Shown: positions 1 through 14,973, numbered from the stretch's first letter. The stretch is DNA of 64,000 nt from Eledone cirrhosa (GCA_964016885.1 OZ024742.1:79732001-79796000), one strand, 5' to 3'. The notes: a model not told the origin generated them from the sequence alone. Translations and numbers: made by a program.

Positions 1-398
1 CACAGTTCAAAATAAATAATAATCTAAACATTTAGAAGTTATCTAAAAATGATGTATAGAGAGATACAGGGAGGTATATATAAATATATATTAAGTATTA
101 GTGATACAGTATTCTTTAGGTAAATGATAACGATTATAATCTTATATAATAGATTTCAACGTGTTACAGTTAAATACATACTAATATATAAGAAAAACAA
201 TAAAAAATGCATGGATAATTCAGAGTTCAAAATAAGGTCCGTAATAATTTATAGTTTGGATATTTGCTCTATATTTGAATCATGGATATAAAAATACGGT
301 AGGTATATTTAAAAACTTACAAAAGATAATTACATACATATTATAAATAAATAAAAAAAAAAATACATATATATTTATATATATACTATATATATATA

Positions 399-438
<40 letters not shown>

Positions 439-467
439 TAGCGAAGTCAATGATTTCATAATGTCAT

Positions 468-751
468 AATTGTTTCTACTTTTGGCACAAGGCCATCAAT
501 TCTCAGTGCATTACTGGTACTTTATTTTATCGACGCCGTAAGGATTAAAGGCAAAGTTAACCTCGGCGGGATGTCATAATTGTTTCTACTTTAGGCACAA
601 GGCCAGCAATTACCCAGTGCGTTACTGGTACTTTATTTTATCGACCCCGTAAGGATGAAAGGCAAAGTCAACCTCGGCGGGATTTGAACACAGATCGTAA
701 AGGGACGTAACTATGCTGGAAAGCATGGCGTCCGACCCTCCACCGCCCTAT
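468..751 (-). mobile_element. Two adjacent copies (one 5'-truncated) of tRNA-derived SINE family A
   Basis: Reverse strand shows B-box-like GTTCAAATCC followed by the central motif ACTTTGCCTTTCATCCTTACGGGGTCGATAAAATAAAGTACCAG (MetaSINE-like), shared with many other copies in this window. Confidence 0.85.
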
Positions 752-789
752 CCTCGGCGGGATGTCATAATGCAGATAGATACATAGCT

Positions 790-1071
790 ATAACGTCGCG
801 CCCCGGTTAAGACGGCACTCATTGCTTAGGTATTACATAGTCAATGGTTCGGTAATCACATGCATCACTTCGTCCTGCTTTTAGGTCATGCCTCGAAGGA
901 TGAGATACTCCATTGGCCGAAATACTGCGAAAGCGGCAAGAAAAAGAACAAGGCGGGCAAACGGTCGCAAGGCCGAGGTATTCCGTACTTCTCTGTACTG
1001 TTTCAGAAAGGAGGGATAAACATGCCAATCTATGTTTAGAATCCCGAGCAACGCTGGGCTATTCTGCTAGT
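790..1071 (+). mobile_element. Probable short non-autonomous Helitron
   Basis: Ends with hairpin CCCGAGCAACGCTGGG followed by CTAG-T (1067-1071), the typical Helitron 3' terminus; 5' end approximate. Confidence 0.5.
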
Positions 1072-1645
1072 ATACTCTAAACCAAAGGTTCTCAATCCAT
1101 TTCGGCCAAACTCCACCTTTTGCCCCTCGAAATCATGAAACGCCCCCCTACCCTATTTTTCCATATTTCAATATACTACTGATTTTGATATCAGTAGGTT
1201 ACTGGGCTAAATTAAGTTATGTTAGAATCTTTAAAAAAAACTAGTACGAGTTAAATACAAAAAAGTTTCAGTCCAGAACAAAAGCAAGGTATTTCAAATT
1301 ATATATTTTTGAAAATTAGACGTGAATGTTCTCAAAGATTTGATCTCAGTCGAAAAAGATTTTTTTTTTTAAATTCTATATTTCACTGTTAGCTGTTGTA
1401 ATATTTTGAGTGGATAGACAATTCTACAATTCAAACTGAAAAGTCAAAATGCAAAAGATGCAAAATATGAAGAATTTCTTACCTTTCTCTGAAATCACAA
1501 TCTCAGGGGAAAAATAGTACCTTGCAAAATAACATACCTCGTAGCAAAATAAAATACTTAGTAGCAACGAATGAATTGAGAATCATGGTGACAGTGAGAA
1601 AGCGATATCTGTATCCCTTATATATATATATATATACATAGATAG

Positions 1646-1678
<33 letters not shown>

Positions 1679-1823
1679 AACGGGCACGCACACACACACA
1701 CACACATACATACATACCAACTTGTGTGTGTGTGACTTGGTTTTGGTACAGAAAGAATTTTGTCTCCAGTTTTTATTGCCAGGTCAAAGGCCACTGCTCT
1801 TTTCAACAACGCCAAATAACAAC

Positions 1824-1904
<81 letters not shown>

Positions 1905-1989
1905 CAAAAGTGAAAGAGGGAGAGACAGAGAGAGTAAGAAATGTGTGTGTGTGTGTTTGGTACACGTATATCTGTCTATCTATCTATCT

Positions 1990-2853
1990 TCAAGTTCCTC
2001 TGGAAGAAACAGGGTCCATTGGTGAGGAGATCCATCTGCTGTCAACACCCTTCTTACGCAGTGCTGGGCATGCCGTGGCTGATGAGGCGCAAACATGCGC
2101 TGAGGCTACGCCATCTCCAGGTGTTCCTCACCGGCGAACCGGTGTGGCTGTTGTTTGTGAGACGAGCTCTTCTACAACTCGTCTCACTAACAGAGCTGCA
2201 GTCTTGGATTAAGGGAAGACCGAAAATGGGCGCCTGGCTCCTCGAGTGCTTTCAGGCACTCACAGCCCTCTACCAAGCGAAAACGGCAGTCAGCAAAGAC
2301 TCCACTTCGACATTCTATAGGGGATTAGTGGAGGATAAGTGTGACGAAGTTCTCGGGGAAAGTCTAGGCATCAAGGAAGACGAACTGACCAGTCTGTTCG
2401 GGAGGACTTTCCGTCCAGGGCCTATGGATAACTTCCAGAGGTCTCTGGCCTGGCAGTGCTACCGAGGAGCTCTACCAGTTCGAGACAAAATCTACAGGCA
2501 TGAACGATAGAGAGATGCTACACCCCAGTAAATTCGCTGAAAGGTGGGTGAATGTGGCGAAAATGGTCCGGGGTGAATGGGCCTTCTCTGTATATAAACC
2601 TGTAGGTTGAGGAAGATAAACCGAGGGAAGACGGGAACACCTACAAAACGTGTTCCTGGTGTTGAGGGTTGTTCTATCCACGGGGTGTAAAACAACCCCG
2701 CAGTAGCGTTACCCCCCCCACCCCATGGGGATTTCAATTGTTTTATTTTATATAGTTTATTGTTATTTATCATTGTTAAAAATTTATGTAAAACCCCCGC
2801 CGTCACGTCTTGTAATGTCCCATTTTAGTACGCCCCTGTGGCAAATAAAGAAA
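1990..2853 (+). mobile_element. 5'-truncated L1/Tx1-type LINE, ORF2 C-terminal part and 3' UTR
   Basis: ORF 1941-2510 contains FKFLWKKQGPLVRRSICCQHP..LGMP and SLAWQCYRGALPVRDKIYRH, resembling the Tx1/L1 post-RT region; ends AATAAAGAAAG; (TATC)n on both sides. Confidence 0.7.
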
Positions 2854-2891
2854 GATATCTATCTATCTATCTATGTATCTATCTATCTCCA

Positions 2892-2960
2892 ACAGGGGGC
2901 TCAAACATGCGGCCCGCGAACTACTTTTCTGTGGCCTGTGGTAGAACCAATATTCCATAT
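2892..2960 (+). mobile_element. hAT-like DNA transposon terminal fragment
   Basis: CAGGGGGCTCAAACATGCGGCCCGCG resembles hAT/Charlie-type termini; partner end not found. Confidence 0.4.
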
Positions 2961-2963
2961 CGC

Positions 2964-3195
2964 ATTATAACTGGTGAGTTGGTGGAATCGTTAGCACATC
3001 TGGCGAAATGCTTAACGGTACTTCTTCCGTTTTTACGTTGAGAGTTCAAATTCCGCCGATCTGAACTTTGCCTTTCATCCTTTTGGGGTCGATGAATTAA
3101 GAACAAGTTGTGTACTAGGATAGATGTAATCGAATGAACCCTAAACCCCAAATTTCATGCCTTGTTCCTATAGTAGAAATGATTATAACTGGTGA
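2964..3195 (+). mobile_element. tRNA-derived SINE (family A variant) with target-site duplication
   Basis: A box TGGTGGAATCG, B box GAGTTCAAATTCC, central ACTTTGCCTTTCATCC motif; ATTATAACTGGTGA repeated at both ends. Confidence 0.85.
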
Positions 3196-3329
3196 AAATC
3201 TTCACCCACCTCCACGTTTGGCCCACTGTGCCTCTCCTCCAGGATGTAATGGCCCATTTGTGTCCTTGAATTTGAGATTCCTCTTCTACACACACACACG
3301 TACACACACACACGTACACACACACTTTA

Positions 3330-3578
3330 CTTTTTTTTCTGTCTCTGGACTACGCCCATGCTGGAGCATCACCTTGGTAAGTTATGGGGACGTCAACAAA
3401 CAAACAAGCATTGGTGGGAGGGCAAACACAAACGCAAAGAAACACACAGACATATATATATACGACAGGTTTTTAGTTTCGGTCTATCAAATCCACTCAC
3501 AGGACTTTGGTCGGCCCGAGCAGTGGGACTGAACCCGGAAATATGTGGTTGGGAAGCAAGCTTCTTGTCACACTGCGC
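3330..3578 (-). mobile_element. Second tRNA-derived SINE family (internally deleted copy)
   Basis: Reverse strand head AAGCTTGCTTCCCAACCACATATTTCCGGGTTCAGTCCCACTGC, then GGGCCGACCAAAGTCCTGTGAGTGGATTTG; recalled as similar to octopus SINEs. Confidence 0.7.
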
Positions 3579-3594
3579 ATATATATATATATAT

Positions 3595-3813
3595 ATCCTT
3601 ACACACTTAAATATAAATGCATACGTATGTATCTAGCTATGCATTTATATTTAAGTGTCTAAGGATGTTGACATGATTTGTGTTTTTTTTTATTATTGTA
3701 AGGAGAAAATTCTGTCTCTAGATTTTATTACCTGGGGATATTAAATACCACAGCTCTGGCTGAAAGCTGACCAGGTTCTCAACATCATCAAACACTAACG
3801 CAGGCCTGCGTGG

Positions 3814-3820
<7 letters not shown>
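3595..3820. mobile_element. (TA)n-flanked fold-back mini-element with one-sided tail
   Basis: ~29-bp inverted arms at 3595-3667, unique tail to 3820, (TA)n on both sides. Confidence 0.55.
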
Positions 3821-3903
<83 letters not shown>

Positions 3904-4914
3904 TATGCATGTGTGTTTCATCACGATGAGAATAAAGAAAGAATATATATATATATGTGTGTGTGTGTATATATATATATATGTGTATGTATGAATATAT
4001 ATATATGTGTGTGTGTGTGTCTGTGTCTGTGTGTGTGCGTGTGTCTGTCTGTGTGTGTGTGTGTATTTATTCCTTCACTTCCATATGTAAATTTAGTAAT
4101 TTTCTTTTTTTATAATACTACTGTATTATTTTTGAGTGAAGAAAATGAAAAGAAACACAAAATCTATCGGCAGTGAGGGAGAGTGTGTCACAGCAACTTA
4201 GAGAGAAAAAGAAGGAAGATTGGGAAATAAGTCCTATAAGGAAATTCCGTAACGATGTCCCCCGAGAAATGTAGCATTTACCAAGTAATTTAGATATATT
4301 GCAATGTCAGACAACAGGGAATTAATAGGTAAATTGAGTAGAGACGATAACATTCAAGATACTTGTGAATATATGCTAATGTTAAGCTACTCTTGTTATT
4401 CGAACCTATCTAATAAACATGGAAATATAACAATACCACAGCTAGCAGATTTTCTTGGGCTATAATTCTGAATCGTGGAATAAGAGACAAACTGGATTAC
4501 GTGTTTAAACAGCCTTGACACGGCCGGTTTCCTGTAACAACTGGTGTTGATGGTAAGCGTCTTGACGAGATAACCCTCTTCTCGTTTGAGGGAGGTAGAT
4601 ATCTAATCACCTCGCTATGTCCCGTGACACGTTTTTCACCTCTAGCCTTGTTGTTTTGGCGAGGAACTTTAGCATGTTTACCAGTAATGTGGAAGAGAGA
4701 GAATTACATAAATTGTCGGAACTTGACTGACCGTTTCTTTTCCGTTCTATCCCCCGCGAGACTTCTGATGACCTCGATCTCCGAACTGTCATTTTAGAGG
4801 GGAGTATACCGTCTAAGGATGGGGCCCCGTGTGATGGAGTGGCTGATGAAATAGGTGTAGATGGGTGTTATTGTTATTTTTTTATAGTATTATTATTACC
4901 GTCTGAATAAGTAT

Positions 4915-5130
4915 GGTGGATTGACAGGTCGGTAGAGTGTTGACAACATGCTTTATAGCATAGAGTAGGGCCCCATTACATTCTGAGTTTATATTGCGCT
5001 GACATAGCTCCTCCCTTCGTCCTCACGGGGTCAACAGAATATAGTACTAATAAGGGAATGGGATCGATTTAATCGACTTTTTCCTCCTCCGAAGTTGTTT
5101 GTCTTGTGCCTAAATCAGAAAGCATTATTA
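4915..5130 (+). mobile_element. Diverged SINE family A copy
   Basis: Degenerate A/B boxes, CCTTCGTCCTCACGGGGTCAA motif and GATTTAATCGAC...TTGTGCCTAAATCAGAAA tail. Confidence 0.65.
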
Positions 5131-5512
5131 CTGACTGAATATACAATGATTTGTGCATAATCGAAAGAAATTAGTACTCAATATATAGCATATTAGTTAC
5201 TACGTGGCGTGGCTAGTATGGCTTACATTTATGATATTCGGATACATGGTTAATCCAAGATTTAACTCTGTCGCTAGTATTTATTCAACCATCGTTTAAT
5301 ATTTTTTGTTATTTATAATCTTATAAGTTAACAGTTTCAACATTAAATATTATATGATTTGTTGTATTGCTTTAGTATTCTGACAGATTAATGTTTATTA
5401 TGTCAAATTAAAAACATTGTCTACAGGAAAAACACATTTCAAATACAGAAACACGCATTCATCAACTCTCTTCAATCATTTGATAATTACTGATTTACAC
5501 ACACACACACAT

Positions 5513-7093
<1,581 letters not shown>

Positions 7094-7138
7094 AGATAGA
7101 TAAATATACACGGGTGTGTATGATTGTGTATAGAAGGT

Positions 7139-7350
7139 TATATTAATAAGAGGAATTCCAACTTTGTCTGATTTACACGTTTTATTTACAATCCTTTAAA
7201 ATTTATAATGGTATTATAATGAAATAGTATGATAGAATATTAACATTTAATAGTCTATCATACTATTTCATTATAATACCATTATACATTTTAAAGGATT
7301 GTAAATAAAACGAGTAAATCAGACAAAGTTGGAAGTCCTCTTATCAATAT
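7139..7350. repeat. Fold-back hairpin with ~105-bp arms
   Basis: 7139-7243 is the reverse complement of 7247-7350 with a few mismatches; adjoins (TA)n. Confidence 0.9.
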
Positions 7351-7404
7351 ATATATATATATATATATATATATCTTTCTAAATATATATATATATATAT
7401 ATTT

Positions 7405-8150
7405 GAAAAAATGAAACGAAATTTCATTTCTCACTCTTAGTACGGCTGTTACTTAAATATAAATATGTATACGTACATACATATATGTATACAGACGTAC
7501 AGTAGAATGTATATATGTATATACATACATGCACACATATATATATGTACGTATGGATTCACCGAACATTTATTATAATGCTCGGTGTGTTTGTAAACAA
7601 ACATCCCGAATTAAGCCGTAATGTCTAGCAACCATCCTCGCTCGTTTGTTCAACACTGATAAGGAACGCTGTACTAGTTTCAAGCTTATTAGCTATCGTC
7701 AGCAACGTGTACCTTCCTTCCTGATGATTGAACGTCTGAAAGTATATACTTTCCTTATGCATATTAATGGCTGAGCAGCCTAATTTGCATATCGAGTGAG
7801 TTAATCGGCCCGGCGCACCGAAAACGATAAACGGAAAAAATGAAACGAAATTTCATTTCTCACTCTTAGTACGGCTGTTACTTAAATATAAGTATGTACA
7901 CGTACATGCATATATGTATACAGACGTACAGTAGTATGTATATATATATATACATGCATGCACACACCATATGTACGTATGGATTCATCGAACATTTCTT
8001 ATAATGCTCGGTGTGTTTGTAAACAAACATCCCGAATTAAGCCGTACAGTGTCTAGCAACCATCGTTGCTCATTTGTTCAACACTGACAAAGAAACGCTG
8101 TACTAGCTTCAAGCTTATTAGCTATCGCCAGCAACATATACCTTCCTACA
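7405..8150 (-). mobile_element. Tandem ~430-bp unit (1.7 copies) with hammerhead; retrozyme- or pLTR-like
   Basis: Unit restarts at ~7835 (GAAAAAATGAAACGAAATTTCATTTCTC); hammerhead in each copy; TA-rich flanks. Confidence 0.75.
7666..7708 (-). ncRNA. Minimal type I hammerhead ribozyme
   Basis: Reverse strand: ACGTTG-CTGACGA-TAGCT/AATA/AGCTT-GAAA-CTAG-TA-CAGCGT; GUA site, palindromic stem III ACTAGT; the second copy (~8095-8137) has core mutations. Confidence 0.75.
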
Positions 8151-8494
8151 TACTTATATATATATATTTATTTATATATATGTGTATATATATTTATTTA
8201 TATATATGTGTATATATATTTATATATCTATAATTTTTATTTTTATTTATAAATTTTGTAATTATTTAATTTTTACATTATATTTTTCCAATGACACCCT
8301 CTAAAGCTATTTTTTAAACGTTCATTAATAACCATTAACTGACTTTAAGAAAATTTATATCCCTAGCCAAATATATAACACTTTTATGTAGAACATTTCC
8401 TGAGAAGAATATATGCCCAGCATTACATTGATAAAATACAGAAATATATACTTTACAAGGAATATTGTCTTTTATATCAATTAATGGTTCCTTA

Positions 8495-8815
8495 TTTAGG
8501 CACAAAACGAACGATTTTTGGGGAGGGAAAGTGGATTAAAACAATGAAGGGCTTTGCTGGTGTTTTGTTATCTGGACCCCATAAGGATGAAAGGCAAAGC
8601 TACTGTCTGCGAGACCTGAACTCAGAACGTAAAGAGACGTAACTATATAAAATAATGAATACACCAACTTTTGTTATAGTTTCTGATTTAGGCACTAGGC
8701 CAACAATTCTTTGGGGAGGGGAAATTGGATTTTATTTCATAGACCTCGTCAGGATAAAAGGCATAGTTAACCTCGGCGGGATTTGATCTCAGAACGTAAA
8801 GGTACGTAACTCTAT
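8495..8815 (-). mobile_element. Two degraded SINE family A copies
   Basis: AGGATGAAAGGCAAAG and AACCTCGGCGGGATTTGA..CTCAGAACGTAAA motifs occur twice. Confidence 0.7.
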
Positions 8816-9236
8816 CAAATAATACACCAAATTTTATTTTAAATAATGAATATTTCAGTTGTTCGATTATCAGAATTACGTATTCTTTACACAATGATGT
8901 AAGTGCCTGAGAATTTGACAGACTCGTGCAATCTTTATTTTATATCCATGCATAGTAATCTTGATACAATGTTTGACTAAGTTGTCCATTTGAATAACGC
9001 TTACAAATCTTCCTTAAATATGTTACCAACAAGGTAATTTGCTTAGTTACTTTCTTCAGTAATTTCCCACAACAATCATCGCTAATGAACACAACTGTCA
9101 ATAAAGAAAATACAAAGGTACATAGACAGCTATTTCACATGTTATACAAAAGTTTTCCTAAAATGACAATTACAAGCCAATCAATATTCACATCGTGTGT
9201 TCGAAGATTAAAGGTGAATCTCATATGGATATAATT

Positions 9237-9420
9237 GATGGCAGTATCGGTAGAGGGTCGGACGCCATGCTTTGCAGCAAAGAGTTACGGCCCTTTATGG
9301 TCTGAGTTCAAATCCCGCCGAGGTTAACTTTGCCTTTCATCCTTACGGGGTCGATGAAATAAAGTACCAGCAATGCACTGGGATAATTGCTGGCCTTGTG
9401 CCAAAAGTAGAAATAATAAT
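9237..9420 (+). mobile_element. SINE family A, full length
   Basis: A box TGGCAGTATCGG, B box GAGTTCAAATCC, central motif and GGCCTTGTGCCAAAAGTAGAAA tail. Confidence 0.9.
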
Positions 9421-11249
9421 TGAATTTAAATTAGAATAAGCACATTGAACAGTGTGATATATAACCCCTTTTCATTATCTCACTGTACACGCCAAAATAC
9501 ACAAAATTACCATTACACATTCCAGAACTTATCTTCCATCTTTCTTCCTCTCCCAAACATGTTTCAGGTGATACAGCTCAACATTCCTGCCACTCCATAG
9601 AGTAAAGTTTCTTCAATTGGCCCAATGACGGACAACATCTTTACTGTTGGTCCTACGAAAAATACACCCACGATACATTGTAAATTAGTCATAGTTAAGA
9701 AGGGCATTTTGTCATTAAAACTATTCTTTATCTCAATCCTATGTTTGCATCTCTTTCTCTCAGTGTTTTCACAATCTTTCCTCTCTCCCTATTCATTAAC
9801 ACGTCTTGAAATATACACCCACCATATATTGTAAATTGGTCAACGTTAAGAAGAGCATCCAGACATAGAAAACTACTCTTTATCTCAATCCTGCACCTAA
9901 TAGGTATTTGCCTAATATTTCCATGTCTGTTTACCTTTAAACATTGTTGGGTACAATAAGGGTTCTCTTGGAGAACTAAGCAACATCTATAACAATAATG
10001 TCAATTTGAGCTCTAGGCGCAAGAAATCTAGAAAGAAGATAACTGCTGAACCTTACATATAACACGGTAAATGAAAACAAATACACTTTAAAAATGTTAG
10101 AAATTTTCGTGGCAAATCTCAGATCGGAATGTTCGTATATTTTTGTTTTATTCACACCAAGGTGATTTCGAAACGAAATCAGTAGTGCTTGTACGTTGAC
10201 GTAATATCGGTGATAGTAGTGCCACCAACCATTTGACGGATCTATTGGGACTATTTTGTCCCAAGTTAAAAAAGAAGCGAGACTGATTCATAATTTAAAT
10301 AAATTTTTATTTAATAAGATACACACTAGTTTCTGTTATCGTTTAGCTATAGTTCAGATCTCTCACCGAGCAAATATTTAATAAATGACAGACTATCCTT
10401 CCTCTAAGCAAGTGAAGTGTTTTCTTTCTTCCTTTTATTCAGCATATATATTTGTATAGCTTAAAACCATCAAATCAAATGTATCCTTCGATTTCTAAGA
10501 CAATAGATTCCGATTTTAGGAAAATGTGACTGTTCATTTATTTCTAGCAGATCATGCGTCCACGTAACGTTCTTCTGTTACTGGAGATACGTAGTAGCAA
10601 TAAACTGAGGTAGATTTAATGGAATATACCATTAATGTCGAGAGCAAAAGGCATAGTTATTATTTCGTTTTTATACTAATTTTCTTCTAGAATCTAAGCA
10701 AGAGTCAGGAGTAAAAACAAGCTAAAAAAAAAACGACAATAAAATAAATGAAATATGAAAGTCTGTGTTTTAACATATTTCCTTTACAATTATTAAGATA
10801 ATATTGTGGAATTTTAAGTGGTGATTCTAGAATTCTATTTCATGCGCTGTTTCTTTTCTTTATTTCTCTTCTCTCCTTCTCTATTGGCGCTGTTTCCCTA
10901 GCAACCGTAGTATTTTTACTTGCTTGTCTCGGAATGTTTATACACAATTGATACAATAAATATAACGAATTAATTTTCTTATCAAAATGTGTTTGCTATC
11001 ATTTCTGCGTTCCGAGTGGGTGTGTTAAATTGTTTCGTGATATTAACTAAATCACTTGTAGAATTTAACTAAATGAATGCCTGATAAGCAAATATAATTA
11101 ACGTTGTTAAGTTGGTATTCAGTATATATATATTACAGGTTACCAATAGCGCATAGTTGATCTGTTTCTAAATATCGAAATTAGCTGCGTATGTACCAGT
11201 TCAATGACTAATAAGAATGTGCTTAGCAACAGCGAGAACATTTAACAGG

Positions 11250-12500
11250 GTGAGGTGAAGCAGGTGTTAACGCAGATATTGCTATAAAAATACTGTAGGA
11301 CAACGCTCTGTCAGCCTATGCATCTTTAGCTTACCGCTGGGTGAAGGGCGCAAAGGTTGTAAAAGATATGTTTGAACTCGCAATTACATCGCCTCCTAAA
11401 TCAAGAGCCAAGTATTAGTATATGACAAGGAAGGGTTTCGTGGCGATAGATAACTGGCTAATGTGACAGTTTTAAGATGCTAGAAGCTGCTAGCTGTAAA
11501 TCAGCATAATGGAAAATTGAGTGTCTTATTCGTTGTTATACTGAACATCCTTTTCAAGTGATCAATCAGCCCTATTTAGCATTGAGATGCCTACACCAAA
11601 CTGAGGACGTCAAGATAAGAGGAAGTATAATAAACACGCGCTCAACTTCCCCTGATCTGTGTACCACAATATCGCACCTTGATGTTCTCTTCGACACGCT
11701 AATGATCGTGATATTGGACATGGAAGGAAATGGAAGTATAACTGTTTTTAGTTCCTAAGCTGGTGCAACAATAAACGAGCAGAATAAGGAGGATTTCGAC
11801 GCTTAACTGCATAGACACATAAACACGGTATCATCAGTAAAGCAACTGTTCTTTCAAGTAGATTTTGTATTGGCACATATTGGAAAAGAAAATACCAATT
11901 CCAATGAAAACCTGTCGAGCTTTACATTAAATATGACCTGTGTCAAGTACCTCCTTCCAGGTTGCAGAGAAATGGTTCTACAGTTGAAGCGAACCAAGGG
12001 CATCTGGTAGACAACGTTTTAAACCTCAGGAATTACATTGCAGATATAAGCTCTACCCGTGATATGAGTGTGGATATCATCTCAACTAATCAAGTATTCA
12101 TACACAGCACTGGCAATTTATTTGTGAGACTAACGTTTAAGAAGGCTGGCAGAATTACAGCAAACCGACTGGATATCAACTAATAAAGTTTCCTAAAGAT
12201 CAACGTACACTTGTAGCAAATATGCCCAGCAACTTAATTCTACGGCCTGATAAACTATTAATCGATACCTACGGGCTACGGTGACCATGTTCTGGCAAGA
12301 CCACATCTCCAGCATGGGAATATTGCCTCCTGAATATATGCCTAGTATTGAGTCCAAACTACTAGAATCGACCTATGTAGATTGAGACATAGAAATTATA
12401 TGGATGAAACTACAATCACCAAGGCTATTATCTACAACTTTCTGAAATGCGAAAGCTGTTATAGACGACACTCAAATCTCTGTTATCAGCCTCTCAATGA
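11250..12500 (-). pseudogene. Highly decayed LINE reverse transcriptase (CR1/L2/Jockey-like)
   Basis: Reverse-strand remnants in RT order: EHGHR (QHGFR-like, ~12285), VYVDL (~12205), SCFTDDTVF (FADDT-like, ~11835); many stops; boundaries approximate. Confidence 0.5.
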
Positions 12501-13518
12501 GGCAGGTTGTCTGCTTACGACTGCATAGAAGACCAAGGGCAACTAATTGCAAGCAATGGTGGAGATCTATAAAGAAAGGAGTAAATGATGCAGAATCGCC
12601 CTGGACAAATCAACAAAACGGAAACAGAGGAGGTGGCAGAGTATGCTTTATTAGATCTGCTCGACAAATAATATCCTGCAATACTCACGGAGATGGTTGC
12701 ACTAGTGTCTTTTGTTTATTACCCAAAGACAGAAGAAAACATCGTCGGTGGTATTGATTCATTAACTAATTTATAAAAGAAAATTCTCGACAATTAATGA
12801 CAACCAGTAGAGACTTTCCTGAAATATATATTCCTCGATTAAATGGAGATATATGCTTGTGTGTATGTGTATGTGTATGTGTGTGTGTGTGTGTAGGTAG
12901 ATACATTTTTAGCACCAATTTAAGACATAAAACATAAAACAAAGGCTTTGCCTCAGGCATCCATCGAAAAATACCAATTAAGATAGACTTATGTATTTAA
13001 TGGACTCTAATTCCGCACCATAAGTCATGTATGTATCACAACATTTGAGTATATATAAATCACTACCCTATACAGTCATATTCCCTTTAGGGAGTTTGCT
13101 GTCCTATTTTAATCTGAAATTTCTCTTAGCAGATGTATGAAATTTGATAATATTTACGTTTAAAATAACTGAAAAATAATTGAATCACGTTATATTTTAT
13201 TCGATTCAGTTAAATTTTTTTGATAGAAAGAATCAAACATAGTTTGGCGCTGTGCTTCATCAGACATTAACAGATGAAATCTAATTATACGTCGAGTTAT
13301 GTAATAAGTTGTACTAAGAAAAATCGTGTGACTGAGAAAAGCTGATACTCATGAGAAGGTACTTTAAGGAAGAACCGTCCCCAAACAATGCTAGATACAC
13401 GTTTACTAACAGCTTTCCGTATTTGTATTATGGCAGTCAGGTTGTTCATATTTAGCCTGTCAGTCCTGTTTCTGAATACATTCGATCATCTCTGAGATCA
13501 TCGTGTTTTTACTTCATA

Positions 13519-13739
13519 TATAAGGGTCGGCTGAAAAGTTCATCAGCTGATTATAAAGGATTGATGCTAAAGTTATGATATCTTGCATTCATTAAGTTCA
13601 ACCCATTTTTTTACTAATAACTCCATTGTTTCTTTCCAGGGACTATGTCGAAAATTAAACCTCAGTTGGTCATTCCATGAGAGTATCTTGGTCCACCCAT
13701 GAAATGTTCAGCCTATTAACATTTCAGCCGACCCTCGTG
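13519..13739. mobile_element. Mariner-type MITE
   Basis: TIR AGGGTCGGCTGAAA / TTTCAGCCGACCCT; homologous inverted copy at 23920-24118. Confidence 0.8.
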
Positions 13740-14611
13740 ACATGTGTATGAATAGATTATTCATTATTTCTTTCTTCTTTATAAAATATTTGACGGCTTC
13801 AAAGAGATTCATGCAAAAAAAAAAATAAATAAAATGCCGATTTCTTCATCGCCTTAGCATTCATTTGTTGTTGTTACTATCACTGCTGTTGACTAGTCCA
13901 ACCTCATTTTAATCCTGATGGAGCAGAGCTATCAAAAAAGACATTCTGGTCCCCGTGGCACAATCCCATCATCTAAAAATTATATAGAAATATATTTGAT
14001 CTTTACAGGAGTCGAAACCCGAAGACGAACATTCCCAGTTTCACTAAAGGAAACAAAAAAGACTCATGCTTATATGTTTTACTATATTTGGATAGACGCT
14101 TGTGCTGTGTCAGTTAAATCATGACTGTTTCAGTCTAGAGCTAAATTTACGTAGTGATAGATTTAGTTTCTAATGTAATCCTTCTCTATTTAGGGCAATG
14201 TTATGACCTGATGCAGATTTAGTTACTATTTCTAGCAGGCAGCACACTCAAGTGGAGGCTCAGAACTTCTGGTTTTTGTTTAACAGTGCAGATGAGTTTA
14301 TAATTTTGTATAGAGTTCACAATCCTTTTCAAATATTTGTCTATTCTGAGTAACAATTCAAGATTGATAGGATAAACACAGCTCTTAAACAAATTCTCAC
14401 CTCTTGTTCATGTGGCTTTTTACTATTTCTTTGGCTTATTTAATGTTGGTCGCTATTTTTTTCATTCCCATTCTAAAAGAAAATGGTCGTAATTATTACG
14501 ATGTCTTTTTTCTCATTATTCTCCTGAACACATATTTACACAAAGACAGACATTAACAGGAACACACAAACACACACACACACTTTTATTAATACGTACT
14601 CTCTGCCTGTG

Positions 14612-14705
14612 CAGATTGGATTCATAATCATGAAGTTGTGAGTTCGATTCCCAGACCGGGCGATGCGATGTCCTTGAGCAAGACACTTTATTTCACGTTG
14701 CTCCT
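14612..14705 (+). mobile_element. tRNA-derived SINE fragment (third family)
   Basis: B box GAGTTCGATTCC followed by TGTCCTTGAGCAAGACACTTTATTTCACGTTGCTCC; related copy at 22560-22830. Confidence 0.65.
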
Positions 14706-14796
14706 TCTATCTGGATTTGCAACCGATAGATATTATTAGCAATTGGAAAGACCAATGGAAACATTGTTTCCACGGTCCGATTTTACGAAAGTCGAT

Positions 14797-14897
<101 letters not shown>

Positions 14898-14973
14898 AAT
14901 AAAATATTAAATAAAATATTAAAAAAATAATGAATAAAACAATGAAACAGTTCCTTATATTAAACAAAAAAAG

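Noticed and set aside
4560-4900. Possible N-terminus of a Penelope ORF on the minus strand
   Set aside because: No diagnostic motif recognised
7721-7756. Plus-strand CTGATGA..GAAA-GTATATAC as an opposite-polarity hammerhead
   Set aside because: No stem I pairing and only a marginal stem II
9237-9320. tRNA genes at the A/B-box motifs
   Set aside because: They continue into a shared SINE body and tail; no cloverleaf
9480-10050. CR1-like 3' remnant on the minus strand
   Set aside because: Only faint motif traces (FWN); insufficient to call
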